A DNA stretch of 64,000 nucleotides from Parcubacteria group bacterium LiPW_15 (GTDB taxonomy: Bacteria > Patescibacteriota > Minisyncoccia > UBA6257 > 2-01-FULL-56-20), in the NCBI GenBank assembly GCA_007375645.1, contig VMER01000001.1, positions 209,211-273,210 of the forward strand. The letters are read 5' to 3'. The translations under genes were made by a program, and so were the position numbers. Positions 9,457 to 19,533 of this stretch are shown here, piece by piece (position 1 is the stretch's first letter; the number at the start of each line of letters is the position of its first letter). The notes below the pieces were generated by a model. It ran no database searches. It had not been told where the DNA came from and saw nothing but the letters and a program-made list of their open reading frames with translations.

Positions 9457-10692
9457 TTACGTTGGCTTTACTGCGGATGCGTCCATGAGCGCTCCGGTCG
9501 CTCGTTCGATCCTGAGCGAGAGGAGCTGGCCGATGAGGCTGCCGGCCGCGCTGCCGACGATATAGGGAATCGCCTTCTCGGGAGTGATGGACCCGATGAC
9601 CAGCTGATGCATGGTGAGGAACCACACCCCATTCGAAAAGACCGAGGCCCAAGCAAGGTACTGCTGATTGTTCCGTTGACCGGCACGGCTCTTCAAGGTG
9701 AAGCTCAGCGCCTGCCAAGCCGAGAAGAACAGAAGCACCGCTCCGCCGGCGTATCCGATCCACGGATTCACTCCGAAGAACACGGTCTGCGGCACCAAGA
9801 GAACGCCGAGTAGAACGAGCTGGATCTTGGGCCAGGAGATGCTCCCCGTCTTTTCGCGCTCGGCTTCCTCGCTCTTCGTGAAGACGTGAATATCGAACCT
9901 GGCCTTGATGCGCTCCGCCATCTTTTGCGCCAGATTGGCGCCGATCAAAGAGCCGATGACGCTTCCGGTGGTCGTGGGCAGGAACATCGCCCAGTCCATC
10001 TTGAACTTGACGAGGATCGCGAGCTTTGCGAAGTCCGCGCCAAGATTCAAAACCACGGCGAAGAAATGGAACCAGTAGCTGTCGGCGCTTCGCGCAACCC
10101 GAAGGATCGCGAACGTGAAATTGCCGAAGATGGTGAGCGCCATGATGCTCACGAGAACCCAGGCATTGAGAGTCAGCGTGGTTTGCTCTTTCCCCGGCAG
10201 GAGAACCGTGTACCCGTTCAAGGAATAGATCTGTGAGGTAAGCAGCGCGAGGAGTACCGCAACCGTCGGCCAAAGCTTCAGAAGCTGAGGCCTTCCCTTC
10301 GCGCCTTCGGGGCTCAGACCCAACGCGGATTCAATCTTGATCGAAATGGTATTGCCGTGCAGGGTCCCCAGGATGGTCGCGAACACGTAGGGCGCGAGAA
10401 GCGCAGTGGGAAGATCGCTCTTTACGAGAAGGCGAAGCGACCAGAAGAAAGCGAAGTTAGCCGCAACCGCCGCCAAGAGATGGTAGGCGTTGCTGTTGCG
10501 ATTCGCGGACCTGCTCTGCAGGCTGTAGGTGGTGTTCTGCACGTATGCGAGAACCATCACCAAGGCGAGCGTTATGCCCGGGGCCGCGGAAAATGTCCCG
10601 CCCCAGAAAAAGAGCAGCTGGAGAACGATGATCGCTCCGATGATGCGCAAAGGATTCGTGTTCCAGAGTCGAAGCCAGAAGGATCGTTGCAT
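9457..10692 (-). CDS. Polytopic membrane protein with internally duplicated multi-TM domain (high GC)
   Basis: 411 aa; two homologous halves each ending ...GS(V/A)(I/A)GSLIG..L...R; about 10 TM helices; second gene of a minus-strand high-GC operon; a terminator hairpin lies at about 9405-9435, between its 3' end and mnmA. Confidence 0.6.
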   Translation of the reverse strand: MQRSFWLRLWNTNPLRIIGAIIVLQLLFFWGGTFSAAPGITLALVMVLAYVQNTTYSLQSRSANRNSNAYHLLAAVAANFAFFWSLRLLVKSDLPTALLAPYVFATILGTLHGNTISIKIESALGLSPEGAKGRPQLLKLWPTVAVLLALLTSQIYSLNGYTVLLPGKEQTTLTLNAWVLVSIMALTIFGNFTFAILRVARSADSYWFHFFAVVLNLGADFAKLAILVKFKMDWAMFLPTTTGSVIGSLIGANLAQKMAERIKARFDIHVFTKSEEAEREKTGSISWPKIQLVLLGVLLVPQTVFFGVNPWIGYAGGAVLLFFSAWQALSFTLKSRAGQRNNQQYLAWASVFSNGVWFLTMHQLVIGSITPEKAIPYIVGSAAGSLIGQLLSLRIERATGALMDASAVKPT

Positions 10693-10800
10693 GGTTTTCC
10701 CCTTTCAAGTTGCAACTTATTGCTGCGTTCATACTAAACTTTGAGTTTTTAAAAAACAAGAAAGGCCCCCGACGTGAGTCGGGAGCCAAGGTGCAGTGAA

Positions 10801-13596
10801 TCAGATGGGTTCGGGAAGGAACTTGTTCCAGTCGAAGTGTCTGGGCTTCGCGAACCAATCGCGGAGGTAGTCGTGCGGAAGCATCCGCATGAGGATCGGA
10901 CCGGCATCCGGCCCATCCGCAGGGAAGGACACGAAGCAGACTCCAGTGTTGTTCGGAGGGAATCCGCCAGTCGAGCCGTAGAGATCGGTGTGCACTCCGG
11001 CAGCGCAGATGGCATAAACTCCCTTCGAAGTCTCCACCAGGCAGTAGAAGTGCTTATCCCCTACGATGGTAACGACGAAGAACTTCATGAGCCCGTAAGT
11101 GTCGTCACCGCGGACATAGTCGCTCTTCACGAACGCAGCCAGGAGATCCGACCAGCTCGAAAGCTTGGGCGGAGAACCGAGGAAGCGAAGACCCCACTCG
11201 TACCTTCCGGGCGCCTTGATGGTGCCCAGGCCGAAGGTTTCGCTGCCGAATCGCGGGGCGCAAACGGCTTTCTCGAGGAAAGCCTCCTTGCCTCGCCAAA
11301 GCGGCGATGCCAGCAGTCTGGCCCGAAGATGCCTTGCGGGATACTCGCCTTCCAGATCCGCGCCATCCAACGTGTGGATGCGATGATTTCCGTTCGGGAA
11401 GTTCAGCACGCCCACATCGCGGGTGTCGGAGATCTTCTTGTTGATCTCGCTGACACCGCGGATGGTAAGACGAGACTTTTCGAAGCGCCGGAGAACCGCG
11501 CTGTAGAAATCCACGTTCGGGTCGATGTGCCGGTCGTAGACCTGCATCATCTGATGGAACGGAAAGTGATCGCCGCGAAGATGGTGCTGACTGATGCTGA
11601 TCCGGTTGACCTCTTCGGTCAGCCTGAGAACCGCACCCATGTCGCCTCGCTCCGCTGCGCGCTGGATGTCAGCGGTGATTCCCTGGAGCCAAGCCTCGAT
11701 ACGGATGAGCGGCATGACTTCAGGGTCCGGACGGTAAGTGGGATTGAACCACAGATTGCCGTCGGTCGCATCGTCCAACTCCGCCACCATGTGAACGGGC
11801 ATGTCGCTAGCGGTAAAGAGACCTCCACGACGCATGAGCTCGATTGCAGCCTCGTTGACACCGAGATGCATGCGCTGTTTGGGGTCCCAGATGAACCGTT
11901 TCGCCGAACCGCCGAAGTGGTTGTCGGTGTTGACGTAGACGTTGTAGTACTTCGTCTTGGGGTAAGGGAACGCGAAGTTCGTGCCAAGCACCGCTTCTAC
12001 CTTGCTCAAACTCTTGATGGGCAAGGAATCGACGCTCAGAATGCCGTTCGACAGACTGATGAAAAGCGCGCCCGGTTTGAACTGCGGATTGAAGATCGCC
12101 TTGGAGATGGGATGCATCTTCCTGGTCGAGTCGCGCAACGAATCCGTAAGGAAAACGTCGTCGACACAGATCGGCGCCACGTGAACGAACTTCGTCACCG
12201 GCATCCCATCCTTGGAATCCTCCCGACCGACAAGCCGGTGATTCAAGGCATAGGGATGACAGATGATCGTAAGGTCGGCCAGCGTGTCGTTGAAGACTTC
12301 GCTGCCGTACTTGTCGCCGAAATCGGCCAGGAGCTCGTCAGAGACCGCGTCCCTGCTCGGAACGTGAAGCTTGATGCTCTTGTCATGGAGCTTGAGATAG
12401 ACGTTGCCCTGGCTGATGACCTTGCAGTTCGGGATCGCTTTCTCGAACATGCCGACCACCATGGCTCGCAGACGCAGCCGCGTGAGTTCGACCAAACGAT
12501 CGGCAACGTTGGTGAGGATGATGCGCGCTCTCATCTCGGAGAGACGCTTGACCTCCAGCTCCCACTTGTTGGTGGCCGCAAGCCCGCGACGGTGCTTCAT
12601 GGCAGCCGCGAGCTGGCCCTTGGCCATGGAAAGCTCCGCCTCGACTCGTCCCTGCTTTTGGATGGTGAGGTAGCGGCACTCGCTTTGCGCCGCCTCCGCG
12701 ATGATTTCCTCCTCCCGATATCCGAACGCGACGTAGATCGGGCCGGGAAATTCCGGAGCTCCATCCGGTCGAGTGGCGATCTTCTGCCATCCATCCATGA
12801 CTTCGCCGAATTTCTCGGCAATGGTTTGGAAGATGAGCTCGCCAGGGGGCTGGTCGCGCAAGACGCGCTTGACCTCCTCACGATAGTACCTCGGGAACCG
12901 CGCGGGATTGATGCGGATTCCGGACACCGCCGCCCTGTAGACCTTGTTGGTCCAAACGGTCTTCTTGGTGTTCATGTCGATGGTGTTCGTGAGGATGACC
13001 GCATCGGCTCCACGGAGCCTGGCCCCGATCAGAGCCCGGCGAACCGGGTTGTCGGCGATGTTGCGATCGTACTTCAGTCCGATCAGCGCGCCGTTGATGA
13101 GCGCGATTCGCGCGTTGGCACCGCCGGGCAGAACAAAGGGCTCCTGAGGTGTGATCTTCGGAAATTCGAAGCCCTCGGCGCCGGCGGGAAGATCTTCCAT
13201 GCTCAGACGCCCAACGCCAGCGACGAACTTCGTCGTGATACTGGCGTTTGTCCGCCCGGTCAAAGACTTCACCTTGTCCTTCAGAAGCTTGGACGGGATG
13301 TAGGGGTAAAAGTCCTTGTGAAAACGCTCGATGGGAACGTTGTGCCGAACGGCTTTCCTCAGATCCTCGAGCACCTTGTGAGTCCAGAGGTGTTCGCGAA
13401 CCCTGCGGGCGAATTGGCGCATGTCCAGCCGATAGGAGTTGCCGGCAAGCTGCTCGGCAAACTCCTTACTGATGGCACCGTAGATCTCGGTCACGCCGTT
13501 CTTCTTCAGAAGGAAGCCTTCACGGATCAATTCATGAACTCTCGCAGAGAGTCCGGGAATCTTCCAGGCGTCTTTTCGTTTCGCTTTGGTAGCCAT
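10801..13596 (-). CDS. Large hypothetical protein (931 aa, high GC), possible phosphoesterase/nuclease-like motifs
   Basis: Protein-like composition on the minus strand versus low-complexity Arg/Asp antisense ORF on plus; GNH-like and GD-x-H motifs but no confident family; first gene of an operon with the 9457..10692 membrane protein. Confidence 0.6.
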   Translation of the reverse strand: MATKAKRKDAWKIPGLSARVHELIREGFLLKKNGVTEIYGAISKEFAEQLAGNSYRLDMRQFARRVREHLWTHKVLEDLRKAVRHNVPIERFHKDFYPYIPSKLLKDKVKSLTGRTNASITTKFVAGVGRLSMEDLPAGAEGFEFPKITPQEPFVLPGGANARIALINGALIGLKYDRNIADNPVRRALIGARLRGADAVILTNTIDMNTKKTVWTNKVYRAAVSGIRINPARFPRYYREEVKRVLRDQPPGELIFQTIAEKFGEVMDGWQKIATRPDGAPEFPGPIYVAFGYREEEIIAEAAQSECRYLTIQKQGRVEAELSMAKGQLAAAMKHRRGLAATNKWELEVKRLSEMRARIILTNVADRLVELTRLRLRAMVVGMFEKAIPNCKVISQGNVYLKLHDKSIKLHVPSRDAVSDELLADFGDKYGSEVFNDTLADLTIICHPYALNHRLVGREDSKDGMPVTKFVHVAPICVDDVFLTDSLRDSTRKMHPISKAIFNPQFKPGALFISLSNGILSVDSLPIKSLSKVEAVLGTNFAFPYPKTKYYNVYVNTDNHFGGSAKRFIWDPKQRMHLGVNEAAIELMRRGGLFTASDMPVHMVAELDDATDGNLWFNPTYRPDPEVMPLIRIEAWLQGITADIQRAAERGDMGAVLRLTEEVNRISISQHHLRGDHFPFHQMMQVYDRHIDPNVDFYSAVLRRFEKSRLTIRGVSEINKKISDTRDVGVLNFPNGNHRIHTLDGADLEGEYPARHLRARLLASPLWRGKEAFLEKAVCAPRFGSETFGLGTIKAPGRYEWGLRFLGSPPKLSSWSDLLAAFVKSDYVRGDDTYGLMKFFVVTIVGDKHFYCLVETSKGVYAICAAGVHTDLYGSTGGFPPNNTGVCFVSFPADGPDAGPILMRMLPHDYLRDWFAKPRHFDWNKFLPEPI

Positions 13597-13760
13597 TTGG
13601 CATACCTCCTTTTCGTTTCTTCTTTTCAGTTGTCAGGCTGCTGATTTCATTCTAGGCAAAACTGAGTCGACCGCAATAGCTCCGAAACAAATATGGATTA
13701 AAAACAAAAGCCCCGCGAATGTCGAGTGACTCTCGCGGGGCTTTTACAATTATTTTTTAT

Positions 13761-14330
13761 TTAACTTTTGTCTACGCGCTCTACGTACTCGCCGGTCTCG
13801 GTATTAATTTTTACAACATCTCCTTCGTTGATAAAAAGCGGAGCATTAATAGTCGCGCCACCCTCCAAAGTAATAACTTTATTTCCGCCCTGCGCGGTAT
13901 TCCCTTTTATAGACGGCGGAGCCTCTACAACCTTAAAGTCCATCTTGATCGGCATAGCCACTTTGATGACCTTGTCTTTAAATATAGTGGCGACAACCGG
14001 GGTGTTCGGCTTCAAGAACTTGGCCGAGTCCCCTATCACCTCTCCGGAAAGCGAAAATCTATCCGCGGCATTCTTCTCATCGCAGAACCAATACTCTCCG
14101 CGGTTAGCGTAAAGAAATTTGGAATTCTTTCTTTCTATCTCCGCTTCTTCAAAACTATCCGAACCTTGCCAATTGCGTTCCAAAATTTTTCCGGTTATCA
14201 AATTTCTTATCTTGGTGTTCACGGTCGCCTTCCGTTGCTGCATACGCAAAAAATTCATCTCCAAAACTTCGTAGGGAGCGCCCTCCAAAATAAATAAGGT
14301 TCCTTTGGTTAATTCGTTATATGAAAGCAT
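13761..14330 (-). CDS. efp: Elongation factor P
   Basis: 189 aa; EF-P KOW/OB domain architecture. Confidence 0.93.
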   Translation of the reverse strand: MLSYNELTKGTLFILEGAPYEVLEMNFLRMQQRKATVNTKIRNLITGKILERNWQGSDSFEEAEIERKNSKFLYANRGEYWFCDEKNAADRFSLSGEVIGDSAKFLKPNTPVVATIFKDKVIKVAMPIKMDFKVVEAPPSIKGNTAQGGNKVITLEGGATINAPLFINEGDVVKINTETGEYVERVDKS

Positions 14331-14431
14331 CGGTCTTATTAAAATTTGTTCGCGACAGCCTTGTCATGATACCAAAATAAATATTTTTGTCCACCAAACA
14401 AAAAATCACCCCGTTCGGAGTGATTCTTTGC

Positions 14432-14728
14432 CTATTCTGTCGGAGCGGCCGGCGCCTCCGGTCTCTCAAAAGTCGAACCTTCGGGTTCTTCGATTTTCAG
14501 ATTCACCCGAGCATTATTTTTCATACCGACAATCCTCAAAAGCGAACGGATGGCCTTGGCGGTCGAACCTTGGCGGCCGACGACTTGGCCCATGTCTTGC
14601 GGATGCACTCGGAGCGTCAAAAGTACGCCTTGTTCGTCTATTCTGCGTTCAATCTTAATATCATCCGGGTGGTCAACCAGAGCCTTTACAAGGCTCGATA
14701 GAAATTCCTGATCTGCGGTGTTATTCAT
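14432..14728 (-). CDS. KH-domain RNA-binding protein (UPF0109/YlqC-like)
   Basis: KH motif VGRQGSTAKAIRSLL; canonical position downstream of rpsP; start chosen at MNNTADQ. Confidence 0.7.
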   Translation of the reverse strand: MNNTADQEFLSSLVKALVDHPDDIKIERRIDEQGVLLTLRVHPQDMGQVVGRQGSTAKAIRSLLRIVGMKNNARVNLKIEEPEGSTFERPEAPAAPTE

Positions 14729-14798
14729 TTTTAAATAGAATTCGCGACCTTTCAAAAAACATACGACCCACAACCAACAACTTACAACCTAAACCGAA

Positions 14799-15083
14799 TT
14801 ACGCTTTCTTTTCTTTCTTCGCCTTAGTTTTAACGGCAACTTTTTTCGCATCCACGATCTTTTCTTTCACCAAGATATTGTGGAGCGAGGGGCTGGCTAG
14901 AGCTCCAACCTTGAGCCAATAATTGACTCTCTCCTTATTCAAAGTCGCCTTCTTGCTGAAGGGGTTATACGAGCCCAAATCCTCGAGCGCTTCGCCGGTC
15001 AGCTTGGAACGCTTTTCGGCAACCACAACCCGGTAGCTCGGCTGATGCTTTTTGCCTCTCCTTGAAAGTCTTATTACCAACAT
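14799..15083 (-). CDS. rpsP: 30S ribosomal protein S16
   Basis: MLVIRLSRRGKKHQPSYRVV matches the S16 N-terminus; the ORF track shows a 5' extension. Confidence 0.85.
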   Translation of the reverse strand: MLVIRLSRRGKKHQPSYRVVVAEKRSKLTGEALEDLGSYNPFSKKATLNKERVNYWLKVGALASPSLHNILVKEKIVDAKKVAVKTKAKKEKKA

Positions 15084-15185
15084 GTTTTCCAAGTCTAACA
15101 AAAAACCGAAAAAGGTCAACCCCCATATGATTTTATTGACAGTTCTAGGGTCAAAGAGAATACTTCAGGCAGCACAGGAGGAGTT

Positions 15186-15938
15186 ATGCGCATCCGAGGA
15201 ATCCTCATCGTTCTTTTCTTCCCACTGCTTCTGAACGCTCAAGACAACGAGACCTGCAAGGACAATGAGCCTCCGGCGGACTACAACGATCCCATGGAGG
15301 CAATCAAGGCAAGGGCGATCAAGATCGCCCAGGACAGATACGTGAGGCTTGAAGCACAGAGCATTCTCGAGGAAGACTCCGATGAACCGTTTTCCGCAAC
15401 CGCAGTCCGTGTCGGCTGCAGACTGCTCATTTCCAACTTCCACGCGCTTCAGGCGCACTTCGTCACCAGGGAACCAGTCGCTGCCATAGGACCGGTCGAG
15501 AAGGAAAGGTTGGCGGAAATCAGCGTTAAGGGCCTGACTTCGCCCCGCGACCTGATCGCGATCGAATCCGAGACCGCGGTTGCAGGTTTACCACCGATCA
15601 AATTCGCAGAAAAAGTCTCCCCCGGAGAAGTGGTCCTGAACTGGTCGAACGCCAACGGAAGGAATGGATTCCTGAAGTTCTACTACGTTGCTCGAGGCGA
15701 AAAGAATGGTTTCATTCTCCTCGATCGACCGGCCATTCCCGGAGAATCCGGTTTCGGCCTTTTCAATCTCAAAGGAGAATTGGTGGGAATCGTGTCCGCC
15801 AACATCCAGCGCGGCGATGACAACGACGAAGAACCGCCCCAAAGGTTCTACGGCATGGTCATAGCTGCGAATACCGTGAAGGCGTTCCTGCGGGCGATGG
15901 ACGAAGACGTGGGAGCCCTGAACGAGTGCAAGAAGTGA
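15186..15938 (+). CDS. Secreted trypsin-like serine peptidase (high-GC cassette)
   Basis: Signal peptide MRIRGILIVLFFPLLLNA; S1-family GESGFGLF...GELVGIVSA motif resembling GDSGGP; promoter-like TTGACA-17-AATACT upstream; hairpin terminator at about 15945-15970. Confidence 0.6.
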   Translation: MRIRGILIVLFFPLLLNAQDNETCKDNEPPADYNDPMEAIKARAIKIAQDRYVRLEAQSILEEDSDEPFSATAVRVGCRLLISNFHALQAHFVTREPVAAIGPVEKERLAEISVKGLTSPRDLIAIESETAVAGLPPIKFAEKVSPGEVVLNWSNANGRNGFLKFYYVARGEKNGFILLDRPAIPGESGFGLFNLKGELVGIVSANIQRGDDNDEEPPQRFYGMVIAANTVKAFLRAMDEDVGALNECKK

Positions 15939-15975
15939 GCACAAGCCGCCCCGCGAATAGCGGGGCGGATTTATA

Positions 15976-16995
15976 TTATTTGGAGGAAGAAATTATTTTC
16001 GGATACATATCGAGAAGCGCAAAGAGCAGGCTTATTACCAACGGCCCGGCGATAAATCCAATAGGACCGAAAAAACTCACGCCGCCCAAAATACTCAAAA
16101 GCACGATGAACGGATGCGCGTCCACTCCTTTTTCCATAAGCTTGGGACGCAGATAGTTATCCAGGGTTCCCACGATAAGAAGCCCCCAAACCAAGTTCCC
16201 TACTCCGGCAAAAGTTGAACCGGCGATAAAAAGATAGATAGACGCGGGAATAACCACGAGGCCCGTACCTACGGCCGGGATAAGCGCGGCGAGCGCCGCC
16301 ACGAGTCCCCAAAGAATGGGCTGAGGTAAACCGAAAATAAAGAATCCGAACCCGGCGACCAAACCTTGGATTACCGCAACAATCAATGTCCCCTTTATGG
16401 TGGAACTTGCCGCAGTCTCAAGTTTTCCCAAAAGTTCATCGTCCACTCCTTTGGGCATAGGGCTCAATATCGCAAATCTATTTCTTATTTCTTTTCCGTT
16501 TTTAAGACAGAAAAAAAGCGAGAAAAGTCCGAGTACCAAATTCAAGAACGCCGTGGCCACACCGGAGAAAAGCGATCCCAGATGGGCGAGCAGCCAATCA
16601 AGCGCTCCCCTCGCATAGGAATCAACGTCCACAGAAGAGAATGTGAGTTGCGGGACAACCACTTCGATCTTCGAAGCCACCGCATCTATCACCGCGTTTA
16701 TGCCGGCTCCGGCCTCTAGGCCCATATACGCCTGCCTGGCCTCCAAAACAAGCTGTGTTCCTATCGCGGACGCAGGCACAAGAACCAAGAGAACCACCAG
16801 AAGAACGGTCAAAAGAGCGGCTATCGTGGCATGTCCCTTCATCTTCTTATCGAAATATCTATTTATCGGCGAAAACACCACCGCTAAGACCGTTCCGAAG
16901 AAGATCGCCCCGAGATATGGACGTAAGATGAAAAATACCAAAAGCGATACGCCGATGAACAGAGTTAAAAAGAAATATTTTTGATTCTGCTGCAT
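15976..16995 (-). CDS. AI-2E family transporter (PerM/YdiK-like)
   Basis: 339 aa, 8 TM, UPF0118 family pattern. Confidence 0.85.
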   Translation of the reverse strand: MQQNQKYFFLTLFIGVSLLVFFILRPYLGAIFFGTVLAVVFSPINRYFDKKMKGHATIAALLTVLLVVLLVLVPASAIGTQLVLEARQAYMGLEAGAGINAVIDAVASKIEVVVPQLTFSSVDVDSYARGALDWLLAHLGSLFSGVATAFLNLVLGLFSLFFCLKNGKEIRNRFAILSPMPKGVDDELLGKLETAASSTIKGTLIVAVIQGLVAGFGFFIFGLPQPILWGLVAALAALIPAVGTGLVVIPASIYLFIAGSTFAGVGNLVWGLLIVGTLDNYLRPKLMEKGVDAHPFIVLLSILGGVSFFGPIGFIAGPLVISLLFALLDMYPKIISSSK

Positions 16996-16996
16996 T

Positions 16997-18646
16997 TTAT
17001 TTTGATTTTGATTTTATTTTCGACAAAGCGTATTCCAGGCTCGAACCAACTTTCTTTCCGGGATTAAAGATATTTTCCGGGTCAAATATCTTTTTTACTT
17101 CTTCAAAAAGACCGTAAACCTTTTCTCCATACATTTTCTTGAGATAGGGACTGCGTATCAATCCATCGTTATGCTCGGCGGTGATGGAGCCGTGGAATGT
17201 GAGAACAAGCGCATAAACCTTTTCCATAAGTTCCGGGATTATCCTTTTGGTTTCCGGATCATCCAGATTCATCAACGGAATTATGTGAAAATTGCCGTTT
17301 CCAATATGCCCCGCAATCGTATAAATCAGTTTCCCAGAATATGGTAGAAGTATAGCATCAAGTCGAGGTAAAAACTCGCTCAAATCTTCCGGACGGACAA
17401 CAAAATCATCGATAAACGGCGCAGTCTGCTTGTCTTTTATCCTATTCCTCAAAAGATTGAAGCTTTCTCGTCGCATGGTCCAATACTTATCTCCTTCGGC
17501 TTCGCTTTTGATGACCCTGATCGTTATCGGAAGTTTCGTGAGGTCATCCCGCATTCGAACCAGCCGCTCGTCCAATTTGCCCTCGTCGTTATCGGTAAGT
17601 TCCACCAGGAAAATCAATTTGGGCACACCGCCCCGCAAGACCATAAAAAACTCCGGCAGGAACTGAAGCGCGAGTTTCAAAAAATTCTTGGCTTTCATAA
17701 CCCGGATAATATCAAAAAAGAATCTGAGCGCGATCTTTAGAGTATTGTCGTCAAAGGACTCGATGCTTTCCGGGTGATAAGCGAGCGCCCGGCGCGCGAA
17801 TTCGCTGACCGGCTTCTGGTCTTTCAAAAACGCCACCAAAAGTTTTGAGTATTTCTTTTTGGGAATGAGTTTTAATCTGGCTTCGGTTATAAGCCCCAAA
17901 GTCCCCTGTGCCCCGCAAAAAAGCTTGGCCAGATTAAAATGCTCGCCGTCCCAGATATTCCAAAGCGCGTACCCTGCGGTATTCTTGCTGACCTTCGGTC
18001 TCGCATTTTCTATCGTTTCCAAGTTATCAAAAACAAGCGAACGCATTTTGGAATATATCTTCCCTTCAAAATTATTTTCCGCGGCCTTCGCTTCCAACTC
18101 CTTTCGGGCCAGGGGTCCGAAAGAATATTCTTCGCCGTCGGACAAAACCGCCTTAACCTCGGTAATATATTTTTCGGTTTGCCCATAGGCCAAAGTTTTT
18201 TCTCCGGCAGAATTATTGGCCACCATCCCCCCTAGGGCACAGATACTCTTGGAGGCCGGGTAAGACGGCAACATCACTCCAAGTTTGTCCGTCTCTTTTT
18301 CCAGATCTCGGTAAAATAATCCAGGCTCTACAACTGCTTCATCTTTGTTTAACCCGATAAGCTTGTTTAAGTGCGCGGTAAAATCCACCACGATGGATTC
18401 GCCCAATGGTCCGCCGCCCATGTCGGTTCCACCGGAACGCGCCGATATTTCCATTTTGATGTCCCCTGCCGCCCGGTGCGCGGAAACGAATTTAACGAGC
18501 GCTTTAAGCGCGTCTCTGGTTTTGGGCCGAACAATAACCTGCGGCTTTATTTCAAAAATAGATGCATCCCGCGCGTAAAACTCCCGGGACTTTTCGTCAT
18601 CCAATACTTCTCCGTCAAATATTTTTTCTATCGCCTCTTTAAGCAC
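16997..18646 (-). CDS. FAD-binding oxidoreductase (FAD-linked oxidase, GlcD/D-lactate dehydrogenase-like)
   Basis: 549 aa; FAD-binding PCMH domain followed by FAD-oxidase C-terminal domain. Confidence 0.85.
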   Translation of the reverse strand: MLKEAIEKIFDGEVLDDEKSREFYARDASIFEIKPQVIVRPKTRDALKALVKFVSAHRAAGDIKMEISARSGGTDMGGGPLGESIVVDFTAHLNKLIGLNKDEAVVEPGLFYRDLEKETDKLGVMLPSYPASKSICALGGMVANNSAGEKTLAYGQTEKYITEVKAVLSDGEEYSFGPLARKELEAKAAENNFEGKIYSKMRSLVFDNLETIENARPKVSKNTAGYALWNIWDGEHFNLAKLFCGAQGTLGLITEARLKLIPKKKYSKLLVAFLKDQKPVSEFARRALAYHPESIESFDDNTLKIALRFFFDIIRVMKAKNFLKLALQFLPEFFMVLRGGVPKLIFLVELTDNDEGKLDERLVRMRDDLTKLPITIRVIKSEAEGDKYWTMRRESFNLLRNRIKDKQTAPFIDDFVVRPEDLSEFLPRLDAILLPYSGKLIYTIAGHIGNGNFHIIPLMNLDDPETKRIIPELMEKVYALVLTFHGSITAEHNDGLIRSPYLKKMYGEKVYGLFEEVKKIFDPENIFNPGKKVGSSLEYALSKIKSKSK

Positions 18647-18742
18647 TGACTTAATTATACAAGTTCACAACAAAAAACCCGCCAGAGGTCCGATTGGACA
18701 TGGCGGGGATAACGAACTTTCGAAAGCAGTCGGAGAAAGAGC

Positions 18743-19333
18743 TTACGAAATGAGGTCGGCGAGTACCTTGCCCCAGTCCTTGCGCCTGTCCCCGCACAGA
18801 GGAGCCTGTACGAACACCGCCTTAGCGCCGTTAATCGTGAAGCTGGAAATCTCTCCGTTCGCAAAGTAGCTCGGGTTCAAGCACTCGATGGCCGCGATCA
18901 TGGCGTCTTCGTGGTGGTTTCCGTCCGTGACCATGGCCACGAACTTTGCCCCAAGGCTGGCCGCCTTGAGCGCAATCACGAAGCCGTAGGGAACCTCCTC
19001 TCCCGGTCTGTACACTCCCGGTCCGATCGTTTTCATGCTCACCGGCATCATCATGTCGGTGAGGACGACCTCAAACTCGAAAGGAATGACGGACTTGGTC
19101 TCGGATTCCCTTAACGCTTGCCAGTAGGCGCTCCACTCCCTGTCGGAATAATCCGGCTTCTCGGCGAAGCCAGCATCAATGAGGAGGCGCTGGACGTTGT
19201 CGGCATCGACTTTCTTTCTCATGATGTCCATAGCCTCATCGAACGACGAGATGATAGTGAGATCGTGGCCCTTGAGGGTCGCTCTAGCAGACTCGTGGTT
19301 GAATCGACTGTTGTCGATCACGAGAATCTTCAT
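18743..19333 (-). CDS. Receiver (REC)-like domain protein with C-terminal extension (high-GC cassette)
   Basis: Start at MKILVIDNS with AGGAG RBS 5 nt upstream; VVLTDMMMP resembles the REC phospho-acceptor region; own promoter TTGACC-17-TATACT at about 19455-19485 on the minus strand. Confidence 0.5.
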   Translation of the reverse strand: MKILVIDNSRFNHESARATLKGHDLTIISSFDEAMDIMRKKVDADNVQRLLIDAGFAEKPDYSDREWSAYWQALRESETKSVIPFEFEVVLTDMMMPVSMKTIGPGVYRPGEEVPYGFVIALKAASLGAKFVAMVTDGNHHEDAMIAAIECLNPSYFANGEISSFTINGAKAVFVQAPLCGDRRKDWGKVLADLIS

Positions 19334-19533
19334 CGCTTCTCCTGCCTTTCTTTTGAATGTGCGGTAAGCCTGTTTCAGCTTTGTGCGGAAAGTATAATAT
19401 ATTTTCACATTTTGGTCAAGTCATATAGTTTCGCTAAAAAGAAATGCCCCGACCATTTGGTCGGGGCATACAAAGAACTACAAGGAGGTTTCGCGGAACT
19501 TCTCCCAAAGCGGCAACTCACCGCGCATGAACA

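Noticed and set aside
9386-10273. 295-aa minus-strand ORF in another frame of the membrane-protein gene
   Set aside because: Arg/His/Gly-rich out-of-frame artefact of the GC-rich gene; the 411-aa frame gives coherent TM helices.
10774-13644. 956-aa ORF on the plus strand
   Set aside because: Mirror-image open frame of the minus-strand 931-aa gene in GC-rich DNA. The translation is Arg/Asp/Val-rich low complexity with no RBS, whereas the minus-strand frame has protein-like composition and sits in an operon with the downstream membrane gene.
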